Assembly (NCBI RefSeq): GCF_963853765.1
Contig: NC_088856.1
Coordinates: 27,590,001 to 27,654,000 of the forward strand
Length of the DNA: 64,000 bases
Direction: 5' to 3'
DNA from: Magallana gigas
Lineage: Eukaryota
This document shows, one piece after another, positions 12,727 to 26,600 of this stretch; positions within the stretch are counted from its first letter, which is position 1, and each line of letters opens with the position of its first letter. The notes under the pieces are model-generated. The model ran no database searches, was not told where the DNA came from, and saw only the letters and a program-made list of their open reading frames with translations. The position numbers and the translations under genes are program-made.

Positions 12727-14716
12727 GAGTCTGCCTATACAGGCTACGAGTCCACTATACACATGGAAAACAACACCAAAGAGTATTTTCCATTGGTTTA
12801 TATCCTGTCACATTTTTGTTGCTTGAAGTTTCGACAAGAAAAAAATCAAGAAAGGATTGGTTAACTGTTCACTAAAAATGTGTATTGGAAGATCAAATGT
12901 ACACATAAATATATAGTGCAGTTTAAGAAACGCTGGGATATTATTTTTTGAAAAGTCTAAAAAATAGTTTTTTTGTTGTTATGAAGTATATTGTACATAA
13001 TGTTTTGAGTATATTTAAGTCTGTTATTCTTGTATACATGTATTTAAGTAGCTGATAAAAATTCATTTTAATAAAAAATCAAAGGGTATACAATGTAAAA
13101 CGTATTATGTCATTATTATTGCATTAAGCACTGTCTATAGGGATGCATTAAATTTTCATCAGAATTGCTGAACATATATTTGCATCTTAATTTTCGTGCA
13201 AGTTCGTTAAAATCTCAAAGTACAAGGTTGTTGGCATTGTACGACCTAGGACTTAATTCTATAAATGGTATAAATTTTAGACTTTTACTTAGAAGAGATT
13301 GTTCAGCAAATGTCAAACAGTGTTTTGACAAGTTTAAAACTTGCATTTCAGTTTTCTTTGAATTCTTTAGCTGCAAGTTACGAGCAGAAATAGATTGTAC
13401 TCTTAAAAAAAAAGCTTTTGGCTGCAAGTTACGAGCAGGGATATATTGTACTCGTAAAAGGGTCTTTTTTGGATTTCTGTTCTCTTAAAACGTCCACCCA
13501 TTTTGATTGTTACGTGGATAAAACGCAACTGAAAGAATAAAGTTAACACCAATGCTAATCTGTATGTAGCGCAAGCTATGGCACGCCTACAATGATTAAA
13601 ATCAAAGATGATTGGTTGAGCAAATACACAATTTCAATCATGTTAGAAAACATTGTAGAAAGCTAGTATCATAAGATAATAACGTAAAAATCGGTTCAAT
13701 GAAGAATCCATCAAAACAAATGTATATTTTGATATACTTTAAGTTACTCAAGTGATAATTCGTTGAATCTTTGTAGCAATTTAGCTTTTGGTGGACGTTC
13801 GTTATTATGTTGGCTTTATATATCAAGACCCACTTCTTTTTGAGAATTTTTGGTTTTAGTTGGAATCACGCCTAGTGACTAACAATTGAAAGGTCTTTGA
13901 TGACAGAGATTTCCTGTGTAATTTTATGGGATGCACGAAGTAATTATTTGTTTCAGAAGTGGGAAATTGAGAAATAATTTCTACCAAATGAACTTTGTGA
14001 GCAATTGCAAGTCCCAATAAATTCAGAAACGTCCATCGCGTTTAAGGAAGGTTGGGACATTGCCCCGAATCAAAAGTGCAAAAAAAAAACAAAAACAAAA
14101 ACAAAAAACTGTATGCATCAAAAGTTTTCAATACGAGTAACCAAAGTCTTCATATGCATTATAATATCCTATATAAATTGTATATTTGATCATGTCTTCC
14201 ATTGCAATTTTGCAAACTTGATTTTAGCAATTTATTTGATTGCAGGTTTTATACTTCATAAAAAAATTTTTAATGATAATAATTTTGGTAATACAATATT
14301 TTGGATATAATCTAAAATAATTACATAACTTATTTATAGTAAAGTAATAAATACGTGCATACTTAAAAGTAGCTGTGGTAATAGAGAACGCAGGTATTTT
14401 TATTTTTGTGTTAGTTTAATTTTTGTATTTTTCAATGAATAATGATAATATTTGTCTATAATTCTAGGTCAATGTCTTTTTATCTAGCGTAATAATATTG
14501 AAAGAAACCACCAACAACTACCTTTTCGATTGGCTAAAACTGGGTGCACCAATTTTACAAGCTGCCGCATTATAAGAGTGAGCTGTACATGTGTTGTCGT
14601 TATTTGGTTTTGAAAGCTCTAGTGCGTTATAAGTTTGCTTACAAATATAAAGTAGGATTTTAAATGTTAATTGGAAAATCCAACTGTGTTCTTTATTTTA
14701 TATGATTCTATTTTAG

Positions 14717-15511
14717 ATGGGTTCTATGTTTTAGCAGTTTCAAAAAAAAAATGGTATTCATATGTTTGACATTCATTTTGATAGTAACGTTCGTGATAAT
14801 TATCGTACCTGTTACTGCTTTTGTTGTTACAAAAGGTAAGAAATTATTACTAAAAGAGACAACTATTTTTTTCACAAGTACTTTTAAAAATCTTTCGAAA
14901 GCATATATACACTGAATTAAGTAATACACGCAAGTCGTGAGGTTTAAGTGTGCATTCAAGTGTAACGAAACATTAGAGAATATGAACCCCTTTTTGGGTG
15001 TCTTATATTGTTCATGTTATACATAAAGCAATGAAATAAATGTTTGTCATGTTTATTTAGGAAAACTATTAATATATACAATATATGAATTGCATTTGCA
15101 AGGTTTAGTGTAAAATGAAGTACAATATCTCTAGGTTATTTTTTTATTTTAAGTGTCTGTCTTTAAATTGTATACCATTACCTGTATTATCTATCTTTAT
15201 CTCATTTATAATTGATTTATGAAGAGGGCTTAGACAGGTTAAAAAGTTTAACCGCCTAAAATATCGCCTTAAAGAAACAACCCATTGCCAATGTTGTTAT
15301 ATTATTAGTGACAAAAAAAACCCACAGTTATGAACAATATATCCTGCTGCCAACTAGTAAACCATCACACGAAACAACTGGAAACAAATATCACAATGAT
15401 AAATCTAACAAAGAACAAAGTTATGAACAACCCTGTCCATCACACCAACTACAACTATTGAAACCTTACAACCAAAATATCTCTAGAAATTCTTTGTATC
15501 CTCAATCTTGA
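14717..15511 (+). pseudogene. Gene B2 (probable pseudogene): frameshifted TM and tail exons
   Basis: ATG 14751 to donor 14835 is 85 nt versus 89 nt in B3/B4; a 4-nt deletion shifts the Cys cluster out of frame. The tail exon from 15225 starts RGLRQVKKFN but has a +4 shift in a poly-A run before HSYEQ...QSYEQPCP. Confidence 0.7.
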
Positions 15512-16953
15512 AGTACGAAAAACAACAAACAAAACTATAGAAAAAGAGCTTCCTTTTTCAATTCTATCATCTAACTGAGAAATGATCACTCATTAAGAAA
15601 TATTGACTTGTTTGTAGAGGGATATCTGCCTTTGAGAATCAAAAATAAGTTTTAACAATGAAATGCTTGGATTTAATTTGATAAAGAATTGTCGTTTAAT
15701 TTTGTTTCATTTTGCCTTAATGGTTACATGTAATTATCAAACCTAATTAACCGAAAAAAATATAATTTTAACAATAAAATAATTTATTTTAATTCGATAA
15801 AAACATTTTCTTTCGTCACACTTCTATTATTCAAAATGTCCGACAATTTAGAAATTTCTGTAAATATATATAAAATTTGGTATTATTGAAGGTACCCACA
15901 ATTTTCAAAAAGTATTTTGTTTAATTTTGCCTTGATGGTTAATGATCAATCATATCACATCGAACCTAATTAACCGTATTTTCAACATTTATTCTTCATT
16001 TATTATCATTTCTCTTCCGCCTTTTTAAATAAAAAACCTCTCGTTCAAAGTACTTCACATTTAACATTTTTTTTGAAAAATCTAAATGAGTGTGGGAACT
16101 GTTTTGGTTTTATAACAAAATAATATTATTGTTTCCATGATAGGTATTTAGTCAGAAAAAGCTCTTAGGGCAAAACAAACACATTTGAAAGACCCGAGGG
16201 TTAAATTGGTAATATATATAAGAACATGTATCGATGAACTATTTGCTTTAAAATTTTTCGGGCGGAGGGTTGGGGGGAGGAGGCCAAAGGTGATGGCATG
16301 ATGGGGATTTATTGTGAGGTGACAAAAGTAAATAGTAAATACATTTCATATATATGATTACATGTATACGTTAACATAATATAGACGTGATTTTTTAGAA
16401 AGCGTTAGATTAAACACTATACAGGCAAAGAATGATCTGGACGTGTGAATAAAAAGTATTTTTATATTAATAAAACGCATGCTTTAAACTATTATACACA
16501 CATTAAAAATGTCAAGCGTTTAATAACATTACGTTTACGCAAAATATTAACAAGGTTTATTTGTTGTTTGTGTGTAAGTTTAATTTGACTGTGTAAATAT
16601 ACGTATAATGCAAATAAATACAGTTTGACGGAACAAAGCATAAAAAAATAAAAGGCAGTCGTGTCTGACACGTGTTATTTGATAATTTTTTCAGTTCTTA
16701 ATGATTTCATAAGTTTTATTGCCTAGAAATATATTTAGATTCAGACACTCTAAAACCTGATGCAAAATACATTGGCCATAGCATGCCGTAATATCATTTG
16801 ACTAATCTTATTAATTTTATTTATTACTATTACATGCTTTGACAGAATTCAATCAATGCATCATGAATTTGCTTAAAATAGGCTTTGATATGTAACTTGC
16901 ATTATGTTTGTAATAGTGTCCTTTAACTTATGTATCTATTTGTACACATGTTG

Positions 16954-17068
16954 CCACTGTTAAGAAACAGACAGACTATACAGAAACATATATATCCGCA
17001 TTGTCGTTCATCATTTTGGTATCAGCTGTCGCGACATGTATTTGTTCCTCCTTCTGTTGTTACAAAAG
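16954..17068 (+). pseudogene. Gene A3 (pseudogene): orphan TM exon
   Basis: TVKKQTDYTETYISALSFIILVSAVATCICSSFCCYK followed by GTAAAA. The ancestral TAG acceptor reads TTG. No exon 1 was found upstream. Exon 3 is replaced by a CACTA-type element. Confidence 0.7.
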
Positions 17069-18445
17069 GTAAAACATTTATCTTTGAGATAAAAGATGAT
17101 AAAATGACATCAAACAAATTAAGTCTTTTACATGTGTATGATTAACTTGTTAATTATATATATATTAGACATTTACTGACAATGTACTGACATTACTGAT
17201 AAACTTAGAAAATTACTGATGTTTTTACTGACGGTACTGAAAAACTTAGAAAAGTACTGACTGTACTGATAAACTTATAGACGAACTGACACTTTTTACT
17301 GACGGTACTGAAAAACTGTACTGAGAAGTACTGATAAGTACTGATAAGTACTGACACCATTGTTTTTACTCCTGTTAGAACTTAAAAGGTGTGAAATTGT
17401 ATAAAATAATGTATCTTTCAATTATGACAAAGAATTAAACGATTATTAAACTTATTAATAACATTTTCCTTGAATGAAAATGTCAAATTTTTATGTAATT
17501 TTATAAGTGAAGGAGAAATTGAGCCTTGTTTTTTTTTTAAGAAAAAAAAGAAGAAAAGAAACTGGTGTATTTCATAATATGTATGTTGTTAGCTTCAGTT
17601 TTGATAATTATCTAGAAAAGAAAAGTCAGTAAAAAAAATGGACACTCTTTAGCTGAAGAGAAATTAACTTGATTACCCATAATAGCACCTAGTTATTAAC
17701 ATTCAATCTACCCGTATTGCACATACACGGATTTATGGGGATCTGGACACCCTCCCCTTTGCACCCTCCATGGAAAAATCTTATTTCTTAAATTGGAATA
17801 ATTAATAAATATGGCTCAGACCCCCCCCCCCCCCCCACCTCCACCCCCGGGAAACATAAACAACATGTTTATTCTTTAGAAATGATTTTGGGGTCCGTGC
17901 ATATTACATAGTACCGGTAAATTAATGCGCTGTGTTTCCGTATACTTATGATCGCGGTAAGCTTGAGCGCTTGGGACAGAGGCTGAACGTGTTTATCAGT
18001 TATTTTGTCTTTGTGAAATAATACAAATCTAGAAATGAACCCTATCCATCAACTAAAGCTGGAGGAGACTAGATTTTATCTAAACATCTGACTCAACATT
18101 GACACAAATCTAGTTACACGTGTATACCGATACACCGCTTATGTATCTTATTACATGCATTTAAACAAATGACCGTGTTTTGTAATTTGTAAAATAAAAA
18201 ATCAGTGGAGGAAACGTGTAACCTTCCTGAGTTAACGTGCATAATAACACGTGCAGATAATCTCATTGATCGTAATGATCACGTATATTTTTACTGTTTT
18301 GCCTGGTGTAATGATGCATAGAATAACATAGTCTCCATGAAATGTCTGTTGATTTTATTTAGCAGGAAGTATATTAGTTAATACATGTATCTAAATCATG
18401 TAAATCCCAATCATTGAAAGCCATTGATTATTCCCTGATAAATCA

Positions 18446-18464
18446 AGAGAGAGAGAGAGAGGGA

Positions 18465-18507
<43 letters not shown>
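18446..18507. repeat. (GA)n microsatellite
   Basis: About 30 GA units with two interruptions. Confidence 0.98.
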
Positions 18508-18509
<2 letters not shown>

Positions 18510-18994
18510 GATTTTTTCGGAAAGGGGGATTAGTCCGGTTCTAGGCACATTTAACTTTTCACAGTGTGCATTGTCCAGTTCAGTAATTCATATGCATTAT
18601 TGTATGGAATTGTCTTCATACATGTACATATTAAGCAATGATACAGTTCATAAATGGTTTATTATTATTATGTATTGATACAAATGCCGGTAACGGGTAA
18701 CGTAAATACACACATGCATTATTTTGAAACATTGTTTCGGGTTTAAGATTAGAAAAAAATATCATACATCTATTTCAATTTTATTTGAAAAATATAAAAG
18801 AGCAATTAAGTTTTAATTCATATCACCATGTCAAATGATGTTCCGAATTTGAAACTTTTCCTTTTCATGTTTGAAATTCTTAGAACTGATGAATAAAAAT
18901 TTTCAAATTTTGTTTTCTTACTTGACAAACTTGGGAAAAAGTATTAAGGAGAAAAGAAAAAAATATTGCATTATTGTTTAGCAGTACCGAACAT

Positions 18995-19255
18995 TCAGAT
19001 CTTAGGACGTGTGTATAAACAAGTACACGTGTGTCTGTCACCTCATCGTTCCCAATCTCGCTACCGTGCACTGCAAATTGTCAAGAAGGGTTGTGTACAG
19101 CAGCCATTATATAATCACTTACTGGCCGTTCAGGTCTTAGGAAGTGTGTGTATATAAACATGTACACGCGTGTCTGTCACCTCATTGTTCCAAATCTCGC
19201 CACCCTGACTGCACATTGTCAAGAAGGGCTGTGTACATAACTATTATATAACACT
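18995..19255. repeat. Tandem duplication, ~135-bp period, 2 copies
   Basis: TCTTAGGA...GTGTCTGTCACCTCAT...CTGCA(A/C)ATTGTCAAGAAGGG occurs twice. Confidence 0.85.
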
Positions 19256-20192
19256 GACCGAGTGAAAAAAATGTCAACATCCTCTTCTTTGAAAAATTTA
19301 ACTTCAATCAACCAGTTATCAAACATGTGTTTTAGGTTCTTTGATCATCTGATCTGGTGTAAAATAAAGCATTGATGGATGAAAAATCAGATTGACCGCA
19401 TTTCAGTTATGAAAATTGATTAGGATTACATGTTTACTTGTCCGACAAACTGAACCAATGTTGGTATAAAGTTAACACGACTTAACCATGTCACCATGCA
19501 CCTTGTAATAGTTGTTTTGTTTTGTAAGTCTAACTACCGGTTAGCCTTACGTTGTATCCCGCATAACATTTTATATACAAATAATTTTTTTAACATGTGA
19601 TTAGCTGCATATGGCAAAACATATTGAATTAAAACATTAAGATGTTTTACGTCTACAAATTGAACATTAAAAAATGGCATTCCAAGTCATTTGCAAACAT
19701 CCAACTCCAGTTCCACCCCTTCCTATTTTTAGAACACAATTTTATGTGTAACAAATTAAGCCCCATATTACACATTTTTTAAATTATGACAATTTTTTCT
19801 AATCATAATTTTTGGTTAACATTAAACAAATTAAATAAAACAGATCCAGTTAATATTTCAAAATTAATATCAGTCTATATAAACGTTACACTGTATCTAG
19901 GTAGCTTAATTAATTAATGGTGAAAAATGATATAAAAGATAAAAGATCAGGTATAATTTCATTCAGTAGGAGTAAAAACAATGGGGTCAGTACTTAACAG
20001 TACTTGTCAGTACTTCTCTAAGTTGTTCAGTACCGTCAGTAAAAAGTGTCAGTACTTCTATAAGTTTATCAGTACTGTCTAAGTTTGTCTATACTTTTCT
20101 AAGTTCATCAGTAATGTCAGTACCTTGTCAGTAAATGTCTAAGTATATCAGTTAAAAATGGGAATGTCAGTACTTTTTTAGACTTAGTAGTG

Positions 20193-22430
20193 TATGGAAC
20201 GCTGGAAAATGTTATTTTTTGAAAAGTCTTAAATAGTTCTATTGTTGTTTTTTAGTGCATTGAACATGTATAAAATGTATTTTTTCGTATAAATTGAAGT
20301 AGCTTATATCAGATCAATTTTATTAAAATTATAAAAAATGTAAAATGTGAGTCTTTGTATGTCCTTACTTGCATTTAACGTTTATACCTGTCTTAAAAAG
20401 TTGTAGACGACGGCTGTTCGTATAATTTGGGACTCCTTTTAAATCGAAGTCGGTCATTCAATGAAAATTGGGATATATTAATGTATTTAACAAGAAATAT
20501 AATGTAAGTATCATTTCAAATTATTAACTAGTTTGTATAAAACGGTGCATAAACACGGAGAAGGTTTGGGCTATCCTGTGCAGACGTCTACACAGAAAAT
20601 AGAAAGAACTACGTGCGGCATTATGTATTTTTTGATTTGTATAAAATGATACCTCAAACTTTTCGTAACCACAATTTTAATTCGAATGAAGATTTCAATT
20701 ATATTTCGTTGAATTACTAAATATATATTAATGCTTCGGACAAAATATATGCAAGACATCACAGCGTCATGATTTTACGTCTTTTTTGTAAGGTTTTTAT
20801 TTCAGAATAAATATCATGCTTCAAATCTTTAAGATGCCCCAACCAACACAGTATTTTAAAACATGTATTAAATAAACATTTTCTAAGTGTTTAAAAAAAT
20901 TGGGGAACGTCACTTTCTATTTCGGATAACCACGCGGTATACTTTCTTTCTAGATCAAGAAGTAAAAATGCAGGGTCCAGAAATGACGTAGTTAACGTGC
21001 AATGACTATCCTTACCTTACATTTTAATAAAATTTATTAACTTAAGAGGTAATTATCATAATGCAAATTTTCTGATCTGAATTAAAATTGGTGTATATCT
21101 CAAAGCACGAAATGTTGTCACTTTACGCCGATTTTTTCACGATTATATCATATCTGTGACATTTTATTTTAGATCAAGCCTTGAATTTCAAAAGAAAAAC
21201 ATCATTAAATATGAAGTCAGACTGTGTTTAAAATTGCAAGATGAATTGAGTATTAATTGTTTTTGTAAGGTATCTCTTTTGTTTTAAATGTGTTATTTTC
21301 TGTCCAGTATTGAGTGTTTATGTAACCAAACACACAACAAGACACACGACAAGTACGTTGTTGACAAATATGAATCCGTGATCTCTACATCTTGTTTTAA
21401 ACCGGACAATTTACATTTCAAGTTTGATTGACAATTAAATTGAGCTTATCTAGACACAGTACCAATTTTAATGGATAGATAAAATGAAATCAATAGGTAT
21501 GACGCTAGCTAGTAGGAAGTATGTATTCCCTTGAAAAAGAACATTTTTGAAAAGTATACAATGTGCATATTTGGTCGCTATTTGTAGAATTTGAAAAAAT
21601 AAAGTTTTAATTATCTCCTATCACCTTCCGCCTTATAAAAATGGAGCAGTGAAAATTGACTAGGTGTTGAAACTAATTAATTTTAAAAATATAATTACTA
21701 ATTTTTTATTTTTATAAATGGCAAGTTCGCGAGGAATTTCCCTATGGCGAACAAACTATTTTAGAAAATAACAGTATCACAAGGCTTAGATACACATATC
21801 GAGGAAGAATTTGATAGTTCATGGGTTTTTTTAAATTTTACTTTTGTGGGGGGGGGGGGTGGTTTGGGTGTTTGAATGGTTTATTTTGAAGATGCAACAA
21901 GCAGCAAATGAATAATAATACTTAAATCAAATGAAGAGTTTAATTTTATGAATGTAGTAAACTAAGGTGGATTGCTACACCAAGCATTTGTTTCATGATA
22001 TATGATTTCAATATTCAGAAAAGGATGCATAATTACTTTAGAAATATCGCCATTTGTTCAGATATTCAAGCCTATGAATAAATTGATTAACAGAGATATG
22101 TGTTTTATAAAAAGGAAAGTTGAGCCCAAAAAAAAAATGAATCAAAATTGCGATTTTATTGAAACATTCCTAATTTTCAAGACTTAACCGATCTAGATTG
22201 TAAACAAAAAATTTCAAAAGTTTGCACTTCTCTTCCTTTTTTTTTTTGATTTTCTTCTCAATAAGACACAACTTTTGTAAAGACACTATAAGGCGAAGAT
22301 ACCTTTAGTTGTTTTTGCAATCAAAAAAGATTTCTAATTTCTAATAAAAATAAATAGAACAAAAATCTTATTAATATCATTTCTGAACAACGAAATAATG
22401 TACCAAAAATTATACCTTAAAACTTCATGA
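20193..22430 (+). repeat. Segmental duplication; paralogous to ~30725-33420 and partly to ~61100-61550
   Basis: Colinear matches, e.g. GTAGACGACGGCTGTTCGTATAATTTG, CACACGACAAGTACGTTGTTGACAAATATGAATCCGTG and CAAGACTTAACCGATCTAGATT. Confidence 0.9.
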
Positions 22431-23635
22431 AATGAAATTTCAGTTGATGGTTACCAATTCAAGAAACGATTTTTATACAAGATCGCCAGCATCGCCACGT
22501 ATTTATGCCGATTAAAGAGACGATTTTTATACAAGATCGCCAATATCTTCACGTATTCATACTAATTATTTTTTTTACATATTTCAATACGTGTTTATAT
22601 ATTAGGTAATGTTACTGCTGAAGGATTTTAAGAACAAACCTTACTTTGATTACTTTAAGGCCGACAGGTTACAAAAAAACACCCCTATATTACAAGTGCA
22701 ATGCAACCTGTCAATCATGTTTTAAAAAAAGCGCCCAGTCCTGATTGACATGATCATCCGAGCGTGTCCTGGCCGGTTCGTGTAATATTGTTTACTAGCA
22801 ATTAACAACATTAACTTTGATATATTTCGTCACGTATGTAAAGAGTAAAATATGAATTTGATTTTTAATCATTATTGTTATAAATCATAAACAAATATCA
22901 TGAAGTAATTGAAATTACATAATTCATTTGTGAATTTGTGTGACCTTATAAATTCCTCAAAGATGAGCAGCTATAAAATATATCAAAATTTCTATTAAAA
23001 TAAACTTATGAGTAACTAAAGCTTTATTTACTAGTAAAACAGGCATTTAGAACTTTATGTACGTGTTTTGAAATAACTCCTTCGTCAAAGCAAGTTGGTG
23101 CCTGCCTTTACATCCCACATTCTTATTGATTGCATGGTTTTCTTAGAATTCTATGATATGTTAAAATTAATTATTTTAAACAATGCCAAGTGTTAAACTC
23201 ATTGTACTGAGCTATAATTTTATTTAAAAACAGAATTTGTTACCGCAATTATTAACTTGTACTTTACACACGTGTGTATAGAGAACATTTGGACGACACA
23301 GACTTCGATGGAGAACGTACAGATAGGTTGTATTCATTTCCGTAAAAATTCGTTGATATGGTCATTTAGATCAATGCGAGAGTCCAGCTAAGATCCATTC
23401 TGACTAATGATCTATTTCCTGTGTATTAAAATTCTCCTTTCTGTAGAGATAAGCAGCGTTCACAGCTGCAGTACGACTTCAAGCCCAGGAGGCTTTCACA
23501 CATTTATTAATAAAGCCCCGCCCTCACCTGAGATTTACCATCCGGTAAAATGTTCGGCCTTTAAATAGTTCTCATAAATGCTACCTTCTAATGTAATTAA
23601 AGTGATAAATATAATGCATAAAGATATCAAATATA

Positions 23636-26600
23636 ACTAGAACTTTCCTAATTTTATAAAAATCAGTTCGACATTTTTTTTCCGAATTTTTCATCCTTTT
23701 TAAATAAGAATTGAAAAGTGATGTATTGTGAAAAGAAAGATAATTCCTGTTTTTTTTCGGAAGATATACTGTTACCTTCTAAAAGAATATTTTCTAAAAA
23801 ATCTAATAAAATTAAATAGTATCACTCATTCTCAGACATAAAATTTGATATGCTTTATGTATTTATTCTTCACATTTGTTAAGAAAAGCGAGGTAATTCT
23901 TTCTACATAAAATTTTAAATTTTTAAAATATGGTGATGTTTAGGCCCTTAAAACCCCTAAAAGGAGTAAAAAAATGGTCCCTCGGACAATACTTTTTAGG
24001 TTGTACTCTTCATTTCTAACTAAAAAGATTTTGAAAATTGGATGAATAAAAAAAAAATTATAGCTAAAGGGCTGTTTTTAATGTTGACCCCTGCAGAACC
24101 CTTATTTTTTTTTTTAATTGTCTACCCAAAACCTTTTCTGGTCTGCACATTGTGTGTGTCATTATACAGATGAAATATTGTACCATTTACTTAAAAACAT
24201 TTTGAGAAAACGAACGACGCATGCATTTTGTTTAACATTGAAACTCCCACAGGCGATTTTTATCGACCAATCAAACCGGAAGTAGTCAATATATGTTGAT
24301 AAACCTCGAAATATGCGTTTATTACTTCTATCTTGATAATGTTAAGGAGTAATTGAATTTTTTTAAGGGCATTTAAACAATTTGTTTCATCCCCCCATTT
24401 CTTAAGTTTAGGACTTTATATCTAAAAAACGGTAAGATATAGAAACTTGTCTACGCTTACAATCTTGTACAACAAGAAAAGGTGCATCTAATTCCAATTT
24501 GTTTCATCCCCCCATTTCTTCAGTTTAGGACTTTATATCTAAAAAACGGTAAGATATAGAAACTTGTCTACGCTTACAATCTTGTACAACAAGAAAAGGT
24601 GCATCTAATTCCAAAAGTTTAACGTTCTAAATCAAAAACTGAACAAAGTCTTGCGTTTCATTCAATTTTTACAATTTTCCTTGAGTAAACCGGAATACCG
24701 GAACCGGATGTTCAGAACCTTACATTCCATAGATTGATAGATTTGCTATAAGACTGTTGCATAATTGTATCTATATTCCTTCAAGTTTTTGAAAAATCGT
24801 TGACAAAAAACTGTCAAAAAAATAATAACAATAAACTAGAACTTTTTGTCTGAATTAAAATGTAAGGGCTTTTCGACAGGCCCCTTTTCCTATTGATGTT
24901 TAAAAAAAGTCAGAAAACTCAATTCTTATATATTTCTCATTTTTTTTCAACGCCTAAGTTTAATATATTGCCTTATTCGACCGCTATAAGTAGTGCATTG
25001 TCAAAAGAAAGTTAGATAACTCCAGATCTTTACAAGGTGCTGTACTTTTAATTTCTGTTGGAATATTTTTTAAAAATAGTATAAAAGTAAGCTTGGATTC
25101 CTCGGTCACAAAACCTGGTACGCTGAGAGTGTTTATGCTTTACATTTTTGGAGCAAAGCAAGATAACTCTTTCGAAAAAAATTGGGTTCTTTTAAATGTT
25201 GTGATCTGTAGGCCTTAATACCACTATAAGGAGTCTAAAAGTGGCCCCTCGGACCATAATTTTAAGATTGTACTCTTTATTACAAACAATAGGCTAAAAA
25301 AATTTTTGAAAATCGGAAGAAAAATAAAAAAATTACAGCAAAACGGCTGTTTTGAACGTTGACCCTTACAGATCCCTAATGTTTTAAAATTATGTACCAA
25401 AGACCTTTTCCGCTCTGCGCATTGTGAGTGTCATTATACTATTGAAATATTGTCATGTTTACTTAATAACTTTTTGAGAAAACGTGGAAAGCGTGATTTC
25501 AATTTATCATTGAAACTCCCATCGACGATTTTCATCTACTCATAAAATCGGAAGTACTCGATATTTTTGTTGAGACGTAGAACGCATGTTAACTACTCCT
25601 ACGTAAACAATATCAAGGCGTCTTCATTTGAATTTTTTTTTGTTTTTTTATCCCCCTTTTCTCAAGTCTGATATCTCAAAAACGATAAGATATAAAATAA
25701 CAAACACTGACAAATTTGTACAGCTTGACAAGATACATCTAATTCTAAAATTTGAATGCTTTATCTCAAAAAGTAAGCAAGATATTGCGTTTAATTCAAT
25801 TTTTAGTAATTTCCTTGTAAAAACCGGAAGTAACGGAACGGGAAGACCAAAACCTTATATACACGTGTACAATTGATTTAAGAGAGTTGCATAATTGTTT
25901 CAATATGTTTTTTCGCTTTCAAAAAATCGCTGACACAAATCCTGTCGAGAATATTAATAAAAAAGATGAAAACAATGGTTCTTTTTGACCGAAAGTCGAA
26001 AAGCCCTCACTAGAACTTTTTATGTCTCCAACAAAATGTAAGGGCTTTTCGACATCCCCTTTACCCTTTTTTAATTAAAATGTTAGGACAAATCATATCT
26101 ATTTTTTTCTACACAGTATAACCCTTTCATAAATAAGAACTTATAAGTAATGCAATGTCAAAAGAAAAATAACTCCAAAATTGTATAAGTAGATATACTT
26201 TTAATTTTGCAAAAAATATTTATGCAAAATTGAATAAAAATAATTACATATTTCTCGGACCCAACACTTAATATCCTAAGAGTACTGATCTATATACATT
26301 AGTTAAGCAAAGCGCAATAACTCTTATTTAATAACTCTTTCTATTAATTTTACAAAAGTTGTGATCTAGGCCCTTATAACTTCTATAAGGAATCAAAATG
26401 TGACCCCTCTGACCATACTTTTTAAGTTGTACTCTCTACTTTAAACTATAAACTGAAAAAGTTTTAAATAATAATCGGATAAAAAATAAAAGTTGTTTCA
26501 GCTAAATGGCTGTTTAGGACGTTGGCCCCTGCAGACCCCTTATTTTTTCAAATTGTCTACCCAAAACTGTTTCCAGTCAGCGAACTGTGTGTGTCATTAT

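Larger units (their letters stand above)
17162..20192. mobile_element. Non-autonomous CACTA-type DNA transposon (~3 kb, left end truncated)
   Basis: Inverted subterminal arrays of AGTACTGA/TACTGAC at 17162-17390 and 19965-20192. The right end GACTTAGTAGTG is the reverse complement of CACTACTAAGTC and is followed by TAT. Same family as 53404-53867. I saw no transposase ORF. Confidence 0.75.
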
